From Octopus sinensis (Eukaryota), in assembly GCF_006345805.1 (NCBI RefSeq), contig NW_021832123.1:124001-188000 (forward strand): DNA of 64,000 nucleotides, given 5' to 3'. Position 1 is the stretch's first letter. Each line of letters begins with the position of its first letter. Positions 1 to 13,859 of the stretch are shown here, in pieces. Under the pieces are notes generated by a model that was given only the letters and a program-made list of their open reading frames with translations, was not told where the DNA came from and did no database searches. Both the position numbers and the translations under genes were made by a program.

Positions 1-700
1 AGTCCATCTGAGATGAACTTAGTCAACTTCGTAAGATATGTAGAAGTTGAACGGCCTCTTCTGAATCCATTTTGAAAACTGGGTAATTCTAACGAAAGAG
101 TAATTTTGTTGAGAATTAACTTTTCCAGTGTTCACGAGAGTTCAAAAAGAATTGATACAGGACGATAACTCCGTGGATCGTTCAGAGATTTGTCCTTTTT
201 CGGTATCGGGTGTATGAATGATTTTTTTCATAATGACGGAATTTCATTTTTGTTTACCGAGTAATTGAAAACTTGGGTAAGGGCTTCGATTCCCACCGGC
301 CCCAAGTGTTTTAATTCATCAATTGAAATATCGTCAGCACCTCTGATCTTGTATTTTTCATGTATTTAATTACATGAGGGTTTGAAATATTCATTGTATT
401 GATATTTTTTCTTCTTGTGTTTCGGTTCATGTTCCATTTTCAAATACGGTTTGTGGGTTATGCTAACATAAAATTTCATTAGTGTGTCAGGAGTGACACT
501 TGGTGTGTGGTGGCTGGGTATCTTTTTGAGTTTCCGTAAGGTTTTCCATAACGACGATGTTCTTGTGTTTCTGTTTATGTCCATTACAGTTGATTCTCAT
601 TTTTCTCTGTTCATCTTAGTAATCCTGCTGGTTATTTCTTTATGTTCATTTTAGGGGTCTTTTCAGGACCGATCGCGTCATTTTGTGTTATTTAGACAAA
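1..700 (-). mobile_element. Degenerate non-LTR retrotransposon RT fragment (APE-type LINE-like), runs off window start
   Basis: Minus-strand translation gives GADDISIDELKHLG...IHPIPKKDKSLNDPRSYRPVS...LEKLIL...FQNGFRRGRST (RT subdomains 0-2), with stops and frameshifts. Confidence 0.75.
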
Positions 701-905
701 TAAAAAAACAGATGAGCCAACTGCAAAATCACCACACACAAACTAGCCAAAAAACCATGAAATACACAATTAAATAACCAAAAATAAACAACAAAGCGAA
801 AAAATCACGACACTTCACTTTTCTTCATCACAACATATTTATATCGTGAATTCGGACAATATTTGGGACCCCTGGAAAACAGCCTTGCCAGTATCTTCTA
901 ACAAA

Positions 906-2491
906 CTAAAAGATCAATCCCAAACATGCCTGATTGAACAGTTGAACTTGCTGTCTGTTTCGAGAGTAGAACTCGGACCGAACCAACTCCTTCTTCCTTT
1001 CAACCACCTCAGGCAGTCTCTCGTAGATTCTCGCGTTCTGTTCTTTGATCTCAGCCTTCGACATCCGCCTCCGTTTTGGCAGGCTTAATCGACTATTCTG
1101 TTCAATTGATACATTTTGTGTTGTCGATTTGCTCGTTGTTTGGTCGTTTTTTACTTGTTTTTTGAATTGCTTGAGTATTTGCTGTCTCTGTTGGGAATTC
1201 CGGACAAATGAAGCTCGATGTAACTCGCAGGCTTCTTGGAGGGACATTTTAGAACATTCGACTCCATCAACGTGCGGAATTTCCCAACAAAATTGATTCA
1301 TTTCATCTTTTTGTGGTCGGAGATAAAAAATGCTAGAATTGCTACTGATTCGTCTTAGTTTCTCTGAACTACACGACTCATTTTCCGATATTTGATCCAT
1401 CAAATGTATTTCGAAATCTTTAAACATGCTGATTACTCTTAAGCCCCTCTCTATCAGCTCTGGTCGTCGTTTATTTGCATTTATCCACAGGTTCCACAAA
1501 CGAGAGGTTATCGGGGGGAATTCAAAGTCACTTTTTCTGCTATTTAGATTTTCTACTAAATTAATTTTATTAATATTATTAAAATAATTAAAAATGATTA
1601 AAAACCTTCATTATATAGGGAAGTAGTTGAATTTTTATACGAGTTGACTGAATTTTCCTCACTTAAATTTTCGTTGTTTTGGTTTTGTATATATTCTTGA
1701 AAATATATCACAGTATCGTCAGTTCTATTTAAATATTAATAAATTTAATAATATTTATAAATAAAATATTAGTTAATTACTTGTATGTCAGTCGTGAGTC
1801 ATGGGACTCATTTCTTCCCATAATAACCCCCTCCCCCGTCAATTCTTCCCTAATCCTCCAAATTAAATATTAAAAAATACATTCCATTAAAATATTGTTT
1901 ATCTGAGAAACACTCAACCACTTGTTCCACACGACATTGCTTGTTCTATACTATTATACATGTTAATACCTCACTCGGATAAGCAAAGTCATTAAAATCT
2001 TCTTTCAACAGCATTTTGGCCCGTTCTAAGGCACTTGTTTTATGTTCTTTGATACTACTTTCCACAGTTTGGCAGGTTTCTTTGTCAAATTCTTCCTCAA
2101 TCCTGTCCCAATGATTTATTTTTGTCTCATTTATGTGTGCCCCAACATTTTTTTGCAGGCCTTTTTGATCGAAATCAGTGTTAATTAAATAGTGTGTGTT
2201 GTATGTGTACTCAAAGTTGTGATTAGTGACAATATGCTTGTATTTACTATCAAATAGAGCACAAAGTTCGTCTTGAGAACTGAGGTCATTATTTTGGTCG
2301 TTGTCCTTAGTGAGGGGATCGAATAGTTGGGTTATTTCACTTTGAGTGCTCAGTTCGGTCGTCATGTCGGTCACTGATTTCTCAGAATCTGACCAGACGG
2401 AAGTCGAATCTGAGCAATAATTTGTGAGACAGTCATTATTGGTGTGACTGCCCAGGTCAATTAGGTCGGATTGGGTTTGAAACATCAACAC
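906..2491 (-). CDS. ALMS-motif protein (ALMS1/C10orf90/CEP295-like centriolar family), multi-exon, 5' end approximate
   Basis: C-terminal MSLQEACELHRASFVRNSQQR...SKAEIKEQNARIYERLPEVVERKKELVRSEFYSRNRQQVQLF matches the ALMS motif; upstream same-strand ORF 1946-2491 is probably the N-terminal exon(s). Confidence 0.65.
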
Positions 2492-2733
2492 TTGTTGGTA
2501 TCTTAGTGACTTGTTATACTATTTTTTATAAGTCATTTTTTATTAATGAACAAGTAAAGTATTAATTCCAGAATATTCGTAAAACCTATATTTAATGCTT
2601 CTTGAGTTTAATTCAGCTGTTCTAATTACAGGTTTCCGCGACGTTTCTTGAATTATGCCCCTCAATATTATAATTTCAAAATGTTTTGGTTTGTATATTA
2701 AACTTACAAGTATATATTATGTAATGAATACTC

Positions 2734-4200
2734 ATGGACTAGACCGATACTTAGGAGTTCTTGAAGATAAGAACAGTAATGTCCTTAAAAAAGAAATTAT
2801 GGGGAAAAATTATGATGAGGTATCTACTCGGATTAAGAATTTGACGAAAACGGAATTAAACTCTGTGAATTTATTCAAGGCGATAAACGAATTTTCACTA
2901 CTATATTGGATTGATTGATATCGAGCCAGGGGAATTTGAACAAATTGACAAAAATGTCCGCAGAATTCTTATGGAGAGCCATATTCACATGCGACCGGCA
3001 AACAAAGAAAGACTATATTTACCAAGAAATAAACTTGGAAGAGGTCTCGAGTGTGTCAGTAACAAATCTGAACGAATGCTATTCCAATTTGATTATGACT
3101 TGAAGCATAAAGCCGATTACTGCCTAAGAAGAGAGGGAATTCTACGGATCGTTAATTCAAAGAAAACTCATATGGCCACTATCGTAGAATTCATATCCCG
3201 AAAGTACAATATCGAAAATATAAATGAACTGACAATAACGAAATTGGTGGAAATTCAACATGAATATCTAATGAGGCAGAACTATTCTTTTCCAGTGTTT
3301 GAAGGACATTGAAGTTAATGTTAATGAATCTGCAGGGTGGCTAGTTCATGGAAACAACTCTGCAAGAACTGAAGGAATGTGTTGTGTACTACAAGATCAA
3401 AATTTGTTTTTTGATAACGGAGAAAATAAATGCAATCATTGCAACTCAGCAAAGAAGACTGTTGATCACCTTGCTACCAGATGTGGACGAATGCTGAACA
3501 GCTCTTATCTAAGACGGCATAATGAAGTTGTCAAATGTCTACATTTTCATTTATGCCGCCAATACGGGATAAGAAAAACGAAGAAATTAAAAACTTATTC
3601 AGTTCAATCTGTTGTCGCCAATGAAGTTGTGGAAATTCGAGTGGACACAACTATTTCTACGGATACGGCTGTTTCAAACAATAAACCAGATATTTTTGTC
3701 CATGACAAGATGAGGAATACAATTACACTCATTGAAGTTGGGATTACCTCACAAAATTTCCTAAAGCAAGTTGAAGTGGAAAAGTTCCACAAATATGATT
3801 TTTTGGCAAATGAATTAGGGGCGATTCATCGGGCTAAAGTGAAGATAATCCCTTTTGTACTTACTTGGGATGGAATTGTCTCAAGAATCTTCAAAAGTCA
3901 TCTGGATTCTATCGCAGTGGAAGACAGAGTGGCGGCATATATTCAAACACTCGGTTTAAGAAAAACATTGGAGAGTATGCAGGTGGAGACAAGACATGGA
4001 ATATCGGTTTCCGAAGAGGAGCAAGCAGTGATTGAATGTCAACCGAAGGATAATTCTGAATCAGGAATACGAGTGGACGAAGACCTCTATGTACCGACTA
4101 TGATAGTTGGGCATAAGAGACGAAGATCGTTCTAAAAAGAATATAGATGCTTAAAAAATTCCATTATAAATTTTTATTACTCAATAAAATAAAATTTGGT
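2734..4200 (+). mobile_element. 5'-truncated RLE-type (R2/R4/NeSL-like) non-LTR retrotransposon with 12-bp TSD
   Basis: RT C-terminus (YLGVLED, ERLYLPRNKLGRGL), CCHC finger CNHC...HLATRC, RRHN, KPD...IEVG PD-(D/E)xK endonuclease; flanked by taatgaatactc at 2722-2733 and 4201-4212; two frameshifts. Confidence 0.9.
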
Positions 4201-5283
4201 TAATGAATACTCGGTTTTCTATTTAATTTCACTGATGCGAAATATTATTTAACGCTCATTTTGGATTTAAATGCCGAATGTACGCGATAATTCTCATATA
4301 ATAATTCTCATATATGAATTCGTTTACTAAAATAGTCATCAAAAATGAAATCAAGAGAAACAAAAACAATCTTACCACTAAAGACAAGCCTTACATGTGT
4401 AAAGAGCCCATAAAAAGAATCAGCTGCGACAATAAATTGGGTTTGGTAAAGATCCTTCCCCGGGCAACAAGTCCAAAACAACTCAAAAAATGCATAATCA
4501 TAAATTACAATTCGCCACACGACAAAAAATTTTATTTTAAAGATCGAAGACTAATCCAACATCAAACCGATCAACAAATCCCAAAACAATACGGTTTTGC
4601 CAAAATTGAGGTTTCTGCTGTTTTTAATTCTATTTTAGAAATATTTCGAATCTGCAAAAAGCGATGATTACAAATCAAGTCAGTTTGATTTATGAATTTA
4701 TATATTTGACTTTATTTAACTGTCATTCCAATGTGACTAAATATAACACAATTTTGCACATTTTTATTCAAAGAAATATTAATCGGTCATAAGTTCAAAT
4801 CCAATGGGGACACAGTGGGGGGAATTGACATGGCTAATCCCAATTGATGCTTGAATGTTAGTCAATTGAACACGATTGTTGTCTTCGATACATAAATTAA
4901 ACTAAAAATCACGTCTCTGGCTTTCTATCGTCCACGGAAAAATATCCCATACACACTAAAAAGACGCTAATCACATTTGTGGAGAATAGTCATATTTAAA
5001 CATGGCTTATCTATCCATAGTTTGATATTTTTGACAGTTTTTTGAAAGTATTAGGTAGTCTACTGAACCAATTGTTGTTGCGTAACCCGATCTCACATTA
5101 GACTATGAGATCAGCAGCTAACAGAAACAGCAGCGTCTTTTCAGATTGCTGCCATAGGATCTTTCAGATTGCTTTTGGACTTCTAATGAAAAGGCACAAT
5201 CGGCTTTTATTAACTTCCTTGTACAGAATTTTGCTCCTATAACTAACCTAAGATCTTCTCAAAAGACCGTAGAGGCTCTAGAA

Positions 5284-6760
5284 CAGCGTTTCTCAACTTT
5301 TTTTAATGGGGAAAAAAATTTCAGGGACCCCCTAGTATCGATTTTATCTTAATCAAGAATTAAATCAAATCTTATTAATGAAAATTTATGTGATTAAACT
5401 GCCTAATGAGACTTTGTTCTTGCTTAGAGATTAAAATATCAATGTTCGGTTTTGTCTCAGATAGGAGATTCTTGAATTTTGAGATCCTCATCTACATTCA
5501 CAAGAGAAAGGAAGGGATTTACAATCCAATCAGGAACAGAATTTTGTGCAAATAATTTTTAAATTTTTCAACAAAATGTGCAAGATGTTCATCAATAATT
5601 TCCAATAACGAAGACCCTCCTATAGTTTAACACGCTACACGTTATGGAAGAATTATTGTGTTTGCCAGCATTAGCAACAACTAATAAAGGAGTCAATATT
5701 TTTAACACAGTTGTAAATTCAATCACAGAGAAAGAGATAGATATTTCAAAAATAGTATCAATAACCACAGATGGTGCACCCAGTATGATTGGAAAGAATA
5801 ATGGTTTTGTCAGCTTACTTACAAAGCACGTCGGGCATCCAGTTCTTGGTCTTCATTGCATCATTCATCAACAGGTTATTCGTTTTTCTTACAACCTTCA
5901 GGTTTTATGTGCAAAATCTGGATTTGAGCCATTCGAGCACATTACAATCGTTGTCAAAAATAATTAACTTCATATCTGCTCGGTCCTTCAATAAAAGAAA
6001 ATTTCAGACATTATTAAATGAAATAAATTCAGTACATATGGGTTTGTTTATAATCTGCTAAAAGGATTAATTATTTATAACAACGTAAGATGGTTGAACC
6101 GTGGAAAAGTTCTTGAACGATTTGTCCAGTGTTTGGATGAAGTGCAAATATTTTTACAGAGTGAAAAAGTAATTGATAAATATCCACAATAAATGGACCC
6201 TGGATGGATCCTTAAAATAACATTTCTGACAGATTTTACGTGCCATTTAAATGAATTGAACTTGAATTTGCAAGGTGGTAATAAATTATTTGTTGATTTA
6301 AGAAATACTTTGGAAATAATTGAAAATGATCAATTATCAGTTTCACATAAAAAGATCTCACAAAACGAAATACTGAGAATATAAAATTCCATTCCTGATA
6401 AATTTTCCTGTTAAAAAAAATTAGCGATCGCGATAACAACAATTTTTTCATCGACGTATTCCTGCTAATCTCTATTTTAAGAAATGAATTTTGTCAAAGG
6501 AAGCTTGAGAAATCAATTAAATGAAAAATCTAGTTCGACATGTTTACTAATTAAATTAATGGCTACACTTTTTACCTAAATAAATGGCTTTTTTGAAGAA
6601 GATAAATAATTATTTTAGTAAATGATTCCTTAAATGCAATCCGTTTCAGTCGCCTTTGTAAATTTTTAATTTGCTTTTTAAGGTGATAATTTTGCTGAGC
6701 ACACGTAAAATTGTAAATTTCTATTTTTGGCACATCGGCTGAAAATCTTTGCCATCCCTG
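5284..6760 (+). mobile_element. hAT (Buster/Charlie/SPIN-like) transposon remnant(s)
   Basis: TTDGAPSMIG, HCIIHQQ-VLCAK, NVRWL, FLTDFTCHLNELNLNLQG motifs; CAGCGTTTCTCAA end at 5284 and CAGGGATGGC-type end at 6760 (non-matching, so probably two elements); 27-nt intron 5875-5901. Confidence 0.8.
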
Positions 6761-7312
6761 CTACATGAAATAGGTTTTAATTCTTTATCTGAGAGAAATA
6801 CAAACACAGGACTCATTGATGTTATTGAGGACCAAATTAGACGTCAACTTAGAATTGCTGACGAAGAGATGGAATCGTGAATTCTTTTCATTAGATGTGA
6901 GGACCATCAATTTTAGCAAGGGTCCGGAAATATAAAATCGCCGGAGTATTCTTCAGTGAACGACCACTTCCGTTTAGCACATTTTGACCAGAACAAGGAT
7001 GATAGGCAAATAGGAGTTGTGCTCCTCTTTAGATATTTGGCAATCGGCAAAAGGTCTATTTCACATTGTATGTGCCCACTTATTGCTTTAAGATGCATGT
7101 TTTCCTTGATTATAAACTACAATTCGTCACACGACAGCTAAACCAAGTGAGAGCATCAACCAAGCTAAATTTGTTATTTTTTAATTAAAATTGTATCACA
7201 AAATATAAAATATAAAAACAATATAAAATACAATTTTATTTATCGGATTTATTTTAAATAAATATGAACAATTTTTATTGTGGGTACAGTTGATCAACTA
7301 AACAAATCAAAT

Positions 7313-9759
7313 ATGTGCAGTACTGGAATAATGATTGACTTTCTGGAGGATGACATAAAGAAGAGGCTATTCAACACCAAAGGAAACGAAATATTCAACA
7401 AATATTGGAACCTCCTTGAAGAAATGGAACAAGTTCATAAAATTAAATAAATCCCATTTTAGAGCATTCTAAACGAAAAACCCCAATTAATAAAAATCCA
7501 CAAATCAGTCAAAAACCTGATAAACACAGGAAAACGTTTCTAAGCAATTAATTCTCAGTCTACGCCGAGTCCCAACAAGAACTGTCCTCATCCATCGACG
7601 GACTCTTCTCCTCAAAAAGCCCCTCAAAAATGTTCGATTTGTCAAATTCAAGTAAAAATCCGAAATCAGTCCAGAACTCGGTTTTGTCCGTTTGGGAGTC
7701 CTTTTAAGGGAGTTCTCCAAACTCCACCAGTCGATGGTCTTATTTCCACGTGATTTCTAGTTGACCTCGGCCTCTGCTTCACTCCTCCCCCTCATCGACT
7801 CGCTCATTGTGTCCCTCCACAAAATAAAACACGACAAATCAATCGAGCGTTGTTCCAAACTTGTCGAATCAAAACTGTTGGCTCGTCCCCTTATTTTAGA
7901 AACACGTTTCGAGAAGTGCAAGTAAAGAGTGACCAGTCAGGAGTAGCCAGGGTACCCCAAATGTCCAAAAATGTCGAAGGCCAAGAGGGATTTGGAGGAG
8001 TCCCACCGAATGTTGTATTCGAGTATATCCGAAATGACAACACAACTAATAACTGTCAAGATTAGGAGAGAAAATGTGCTTCCGTTGGCTTTTTGTGATT
8101 TTTTTGATCGGAATCGCCGGTGGGGTATTAGGGGGATTATTTGGACAGAATGACGAAAGAACAACTCGATTTATTCGCGGAATTCGACACGTTTATGACA
8201 GAAACGAGGACCAGTTCTCAGAAACTCAAATCCTACTACATGGATGAGAAGGATCGACTGAGGAAGGTGAAGGAGACCCTCCGATGTACTCACGAGGTTG
8301 GTTTGGTGGGTGATTGAAGGGACAAATCTACCAAATGGAGAAGCCGGGAGTGAAGGAGGACATTCCCTACTCCAAGTCGGGGTACCTCTGGAAGAAGTCG
8401 TCGGGATTGACGAGTTGGGGGAAACGGCTGTGTGTGATCAGGGATGGGAGGATGTTGATTTATCACTCCACGGTGGATATTCCGTGATATTCACAGGAGA
8501 GAGACAAGCCGGTGGAATTGGATTTGTTGGTCTGTGATCTCAAAGTTTCCGCGGAAAACAGGCAATTCCGTGTTTACCACGGGGGATGTGAGTGTCTCGG
8601 GTCACGTTTAGCTTCCCGAGTCTATCACTTCAAAGCAAAGACCCCCAGATTGTTGGAGGAGTGGGTTCTGGTCTTCAATAATGCCAAATCCGCGGCACTC
8701 GACAGAGCCTTTCTCAACGAAAATCAGGGGATTGTTGAGTCGAACAGAGTGTGTGCTGACTGTGAGGATGAGGGTGTCCTTTCTGGTCTTATTTGGAGGC
8801 TGTGATTGGATATCAGTCAACTTGGGGGTGTTTTTGTGTCTCAAATGTTGTGGAATCCACCGTGAGTTGGGTGTCCAAGTGTCACGGACTTGTTCCCTCT
8901 CATTGGACGACATCGGGACATGTCACCTCCTGGTGGGCCACCTGAGTGACCGTAGATTATCTCCGTCGTTGGCAATGACGTGTTCAACTCTGTGTACACG
9001 TCTGGGGATGGGGGGTGTGGAATATCCCACACGTCCACAATGTAGGGGTCTTCTTATAGTCTGCAGGGATGAGAGGCGGAGATATATTACGGCCAAGTAT
9101 GTGGAGAGGAAGTTCGTGTTGCCTAGCCATGATGAAAGAACGTGGTTAAAACAACTTGAGTCATATATTTACACTGGCTGTATTCAGGGGCTGTTATCAC
9201 TCCATGCTGAACAGTTCGAGTTGGTGACTTTTTTTGATCAGGTTGGTCACGTAATGAATGAGTAGGAGTCCTCCAAAGTGGAGAATAATTCCCTGGCATT
9301 GGCTATTTCCCGTGGAAACTCTCAGCAGGCATTGGGAATTGTGGACTTTATGGTGCAAAATAGTGGAGTGTATGATTTGTGTGTTTATTGAAAGGGATAT
9401 GCTCGGAGTCAAGTTCTCTGACTGTGAGTCGATATTCCACTATGCAGTACTGAATAAGCACACGAATGCCCTTCAGATATTGCTTAGAGCCTGTCCGCGT
9501 GTGTTTGATAAGTTGGGGTTGTCGTTGTCGGAGGTTGCGGCCAAAATGGAGAATGAGGATGCCATTACATTGGTGAGGGGGTGAATTGATGTGGCAGTTC
9601 AGTGCTGCCAGACAGAGAGATAACACTCTTCTTAATAATCTGATGGGGAATGACTATTCCTTTAACATGTTTTCCATTTCCAAGAATTCTGAGGGGACGG
9701 TTTGAGTTGTGTTTGATAGTGCCAGAATGATGTGTCCAAGATATGGAGTCTTCTCTGAG
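7313..9759 (+). CDS. ArfGAP with BAR-PH-ArfGAP-ankyrin architecture (ASAP/ACAP family), multi-exon, ends approximate
   Basis: PH segment SKSGYLWKKS...WGKR; ArfGAP finger CADC...WISVNLGVFLCLKCCGIHRELGVQVSRTCSLSLD, ERRRYITAKYVERKF; ankyrin-like ESIFHYAVLNKHTNALQILL; several ~23-30 nt introns. Confidence 0.85.
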
Positions 9760-10207
9760 CTAGTTCTCACTATTTATTTGAGACTTATTTTTTATTTTAA
9801 TAATACGTTTGTCTAAGTATTACTTCCATATGAGACTTTTGGTAGTATATTTACTAAATAAGCCTCTTCAACTGAGACATCTCTCCAAAAACGGATCGGC
9901 TATACACATTTCCACTCAGGCCATTAGATCACTCGACACAATAAACTACTAGACTCTCCTTATCGATGAATCAGAATCATTGCTAGGAAAATCCGTGTAC
10001 AGTACACATCACTCAAATGACCTCTTCTCATGTATATAATTCACCAATATGTCTTGTGATTTGGAGTGAGCATTCTACTACCAGATGGTCACTGTTCTAG
10101 AAGTCACGTCAAAAATGTCGGGATATGATACATATTATTTTCCATATAATATAATGAATATAATTGGGTATATTTTTGTGAATTATTTCTAACTAGGGCG
10201 TTCTGTT

Positions 10208-10912
10208 ATGCGTGATCGACAGTCTGCATTCAACTGCAGGCATTGCCACACACCCCTCAGAATACCCCCGAATTACTCAGATCATCTTTTCAAATGCCAC
10301 GAATGTAGCGAAAAAACTGTTTCCGAAACATTAACATCCCAAATAGGCCATTCGTCCTCCCCCGCCAGATCAGAAGTATATTCTCTGCTACTGCAATAAC
10401 ATTTTCCTGGTCGACCAATCAGCCAAAGAGGCCACTTGCACTAGAACTACTTGGTATTGCTTTCTCTGTCTAATCCTGAGTGGAAGTGTCATACTCATCA
10501 GCAGTATCTCCATAAAGGACGAGAAGAAAGCACTTTTGAATACTCGAGTGGCCTGTCCTTACTGTTCTGTGTTCTTCAGAGTCAGTCCTTCCAATATAAT
10601 GTGTAGACCGACAAAACTGAGAGCATGTTCACTCGCTGTCCCTCCTGTCGTAAAATGTATAGTAAAATACTTATTTCTCAGTTCTTCCTTCACAAATGTC
10701 TCTCCACGTATTTTGTGGTGTCTTTGTGCTCTCTTTGCAATCAGTTGTGCAGTGGGGTCACTGTACATGTCCTTCTACCACCAGAACATGGTGTCCATCA
10801 CAGGTAGTGACCCACTAAATGGCCAGTTCTACTCATTCTATACACACTCTCTCTAATCGGAACAGTCCATTTCCTAACTCTGCGAACAAACCACATTTGT
10901 GAGGTCGAATAA
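10208..10912 (+). CDS. TMEM55/PIP4P-like PtdIns(4,5)P2 4-phosphatase, multi-exon, 5' end may lie further upstream
   Basis: Spliced order CRHCH...KCHECSEKT-IRPPPPDQKYILCYCN...ACPYC...TRCPSCRK followed by hydrophobic C-terminal helices mirrors the TMEM55A/B Cys pattern. Confidence 0.65.
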
Positions 10913-10938
10913 TACATTATTTCAATAAATGGCATTCA

Positions 10939-12005
10939 TTAGTCAATTAGTGGCACAATAATCTCCACATAACTCGCAGGGAAATACCCATTCGACCCCC
11001 CTGAACTCCCATAAAACCAATTCTCGTCCACTTTCGATATCAACTGAACACTCTCCCCTGCCACAAACGACAACTCGTCCTCATTCTCTGCCACAAAGTC
11101 ATACAAAGCACGAGCCCACGGACCCTCCGCAGAACTCGAGTCCCTGACCAACTCCTTATCCTTCCTACCCAATAACCCCACAACTCACATATTCTCCAAC
11201 ACCTGACTCAACTCAGTAAAATTGGCCAACGACTCCTGGTGGTACCTCACAAAGGCGTCCACACACGCCCTCAGTTGGGTGATTTGTTCTAACTGGACGT
11301 GCTGTGGAGGACTACCTGGTTTTGGAGGAATGTGGCCATCGAGGCAGAACACACGTCCCGGGTCTGGTCAAACCGGACTTGCAGCTCATCCACCTCCTCC
11401 GACGTGACATCATTCGGGTCTGCTATTCAATCAGGGGCTACTTTTTATGCTCTTTCTTTTCTTACAGTCATATTCCAGTCGTCGGCTGTGCATTTTCTTG
11501 TTGTGGTGCTGAAATACTCACAGAAATGACTAACAGATATTTCCTTCAGTTCTTTGGTCTGGAATTGATTCAGAGGCTCCAAGAACTCTTGGCTGACCGT
11601 CTCCTCGAGCTGTTCTTTGTAGGAGGCCTGCAGTTTCATGGAGTCTCCCAAGGATTGGATGCACAGGGCTGGAATGTGGGGCACATCCAACCGTAATTCG
11701 ACTGGAGACTGAATTTGGATCCGTATTGAATGCAGGTCTCAGAAAGCTGCATTTCCGGATTTGATTTCCCGCTCTTTCCAATAGAAAATAGACTATTTCC
11801 TGAGTTTAGGTGGAGGTAGTTTTCCATTCTTTGGGAAATGTCTTTAATCATGTTGCCGAATAGTTGGCAGTCTTTCTCCATCATTATAAAGCCTTCGTCG
11901 AGTTCTGTTCCTTTTGCTGAACCAATTTTCTCGTTGACGTACTTTTATTAGGGAATATTTGGTTACTTGGTTAGCTTTGTTAAGTTTTCTGTTAAATCCT
12001 TTCAT
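10939..12005 (-). CDS. SH3GL: Endophilin A (N-BAR + SH3)
   Basis: MKGFNRKLNKANQ|YVNEKIGSAKGTELDE N-terminus, FLEPL BAR motif, C-terminal SH3 ARALYDF...DELSF...DENWFYG...GYFPASYV. Confidence 0.88.
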
Positions 12006-12426
12006 GTCACACAAGACGACAAATTTAATTAGTAATTTATTACAATAATGCGCACATTTCGTGCAATTAAACATTCTTTAATTTACTGCATATTTCTCAT
12101 ATCTCTAATTACATCTTCTTAACTAAATCAAAATACGACAAGTAATTAACAACATATATAATCTTCTTTTCGCGGTAATCTCTACTATTTCTACTTTCAC
12201 TCTATTTTTAATAATTAAATCTAATTATAACCCCATTTAAATAAATAATATGTAAAAAAAGCGGCAAAAAATGAGCAAAACGTGCTAACCTACACCACCT
12301 AATTTCGTGTAATTCAAGGAAGCGAATATTGATCAAATAAGCGAATTTGAAGAATTTATGAATAAATTGATTAATTGACTTCCTCAAAAGAAAATATTTT
12401 TAATATTAAATAGTTAATGAAGCACA

Positions 12427-12870
12427 TCAGTCAGGAATACCCAAAGAGGGGTTCTTCAGCCGATCTTCGAGGTCCTCCAGGAAGGTCTGTGTGAGAATTC
12501 AACTGCCAACCTGATATCCTGGCACTCCTGAGACATCCGAAGATTTATTCTAAGCAAATAAAATGACTATATATATACTTTAATCATGTCTAGCATTTGA
12601 AGGCGAGTCTCCAAATCCCACATCTCAGTGACCTCGCACTCAAAGTCCTCGTCTTTGACATCCTGGAATGAGGGGCCACCTCACCTGCCTCATCGACTGG
12701 ACTGCCTCAATAATAAATGTCTCAATGTCTAGTTTATCCTTTATTCCACTGATCGTGTTCTTGTCATATTTCTGGGTAAGAAAACGCTTTTTGTCGACCG
12801 TTCTTTTCCCCTCCGAATTCACCTGCGGGACACTCACTTTGATCTTCTTCTGCGGTCTGTCAGAACTCAT
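12427..12870 (-). CDS. PP1 inhibitor of the PPP1R14 (CPI-17/PHI-1) family
   Basis: LTQKYDKNTISGIKDKLDIETFI resembles VTVKYDRRELQRRLDVEKWI including the phospho-Thr; three micro-introns give a C-terminal FLEDLEDRLK helix. Confidence 0.65.
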
Positions 12871-12965
12871 AGACTACAAAACTTAAATTAACAATCTATT
12901 CCCAATAAAATATTAACTATCTTAAAATCTACCAATAATATAATTAATCACATTTTAAATAAACA

Positions 12966-13607
12966 TTAAATACTCCTCCAAATAGAGGGACCCCTCTTAG
13001 GAGGAGACATGAACTGACTGCGGCCACACTGCTCGTTCCTCTGCCTCAACTGAGTCTCCAAACAAAGCACGTGCGTCCGACTAAACCTGCTGTGAGTACA
13101 CCCAATACTTGGTAGGCGAACGACTAGTCAACTCTAACCTCATATTGGCAGTCTCAATCTCCAAATGAGCCACCCTCTGCTTGAGTAGTTCATTCTCCTG
13201 GCAATATTGGACTATTCATACCTCTCTCAGTAGGCAGACCTGCATGTTCTCCTCCTCACAGTCACTCGTGTTGGTACTCGCCTCCACTGAGTCCGTACTC
13301 TCATCCTGGCTGTCATATGTGGGTTGTACCTCCACGAATATTCGCAGTGTCCTTCGAATACGTGAGCCTGACTTGTATTCGGTCACCGGGGTGGCTCCGA
13401 TCAGGGTATTTGGGGGGTTGGAGTTGTCGATTGGGACTCTACAGACTGCACAGGTCGGGGAGAGTGAGAGCCACTGGTTGAGGCATTCTTTGCAGAACAA
13501 ATGAAAGTTGGAACAGATCACAGGGAGGACAGGCTGGGTGTTATATGATTGGTTACTTGGGAATAGCAGATATTGCATAACTCTGACTGCCCTGTGGACT
13601 TGATCAT
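12966..13607 (-). CDS. OBI1: RING E3 ligase OBI1/RNF219-like (short form), 3' end approximate
   Basis: Spliced MIKSTGQSELCNICYSQ|PVLPVICSNFHLFCKECLNQWLSLSPTCAVCRVPIDNSNPPNTLIG closely follows the RNF219 RING plus the following CRVPI..ENP..IIG motif; 23-nt intron. Confidence 0.72.
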
Positions 13608-13859
13608 ATGATCTATGATTTAGATTGTTTACATTCATACATGACACCACAACGACAACTGGAAATATAATTTTATTTAAAAAACAATTAATTGTTTTAA
13701 TTAAATAATTATTTATTAAATTAGAAATAATAAAACAGATTATACCATTTTAATCTTTTTTATATTCATCAAAACTATTTCTAAAAATTTATATTTCTTT
13801 GGTCAATATTCAAAAAAAGTTATTTAAATAATAAAATATTTAACAAAAAAAATAATCAT

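Noticed and set aside
6830-7145. Possible tyrosine-recombinase (Crypton-like) or MULE remnant (CMCPLIAL motif)
   Set aside because: Too short and degenerate; no catalytic motif can be supported
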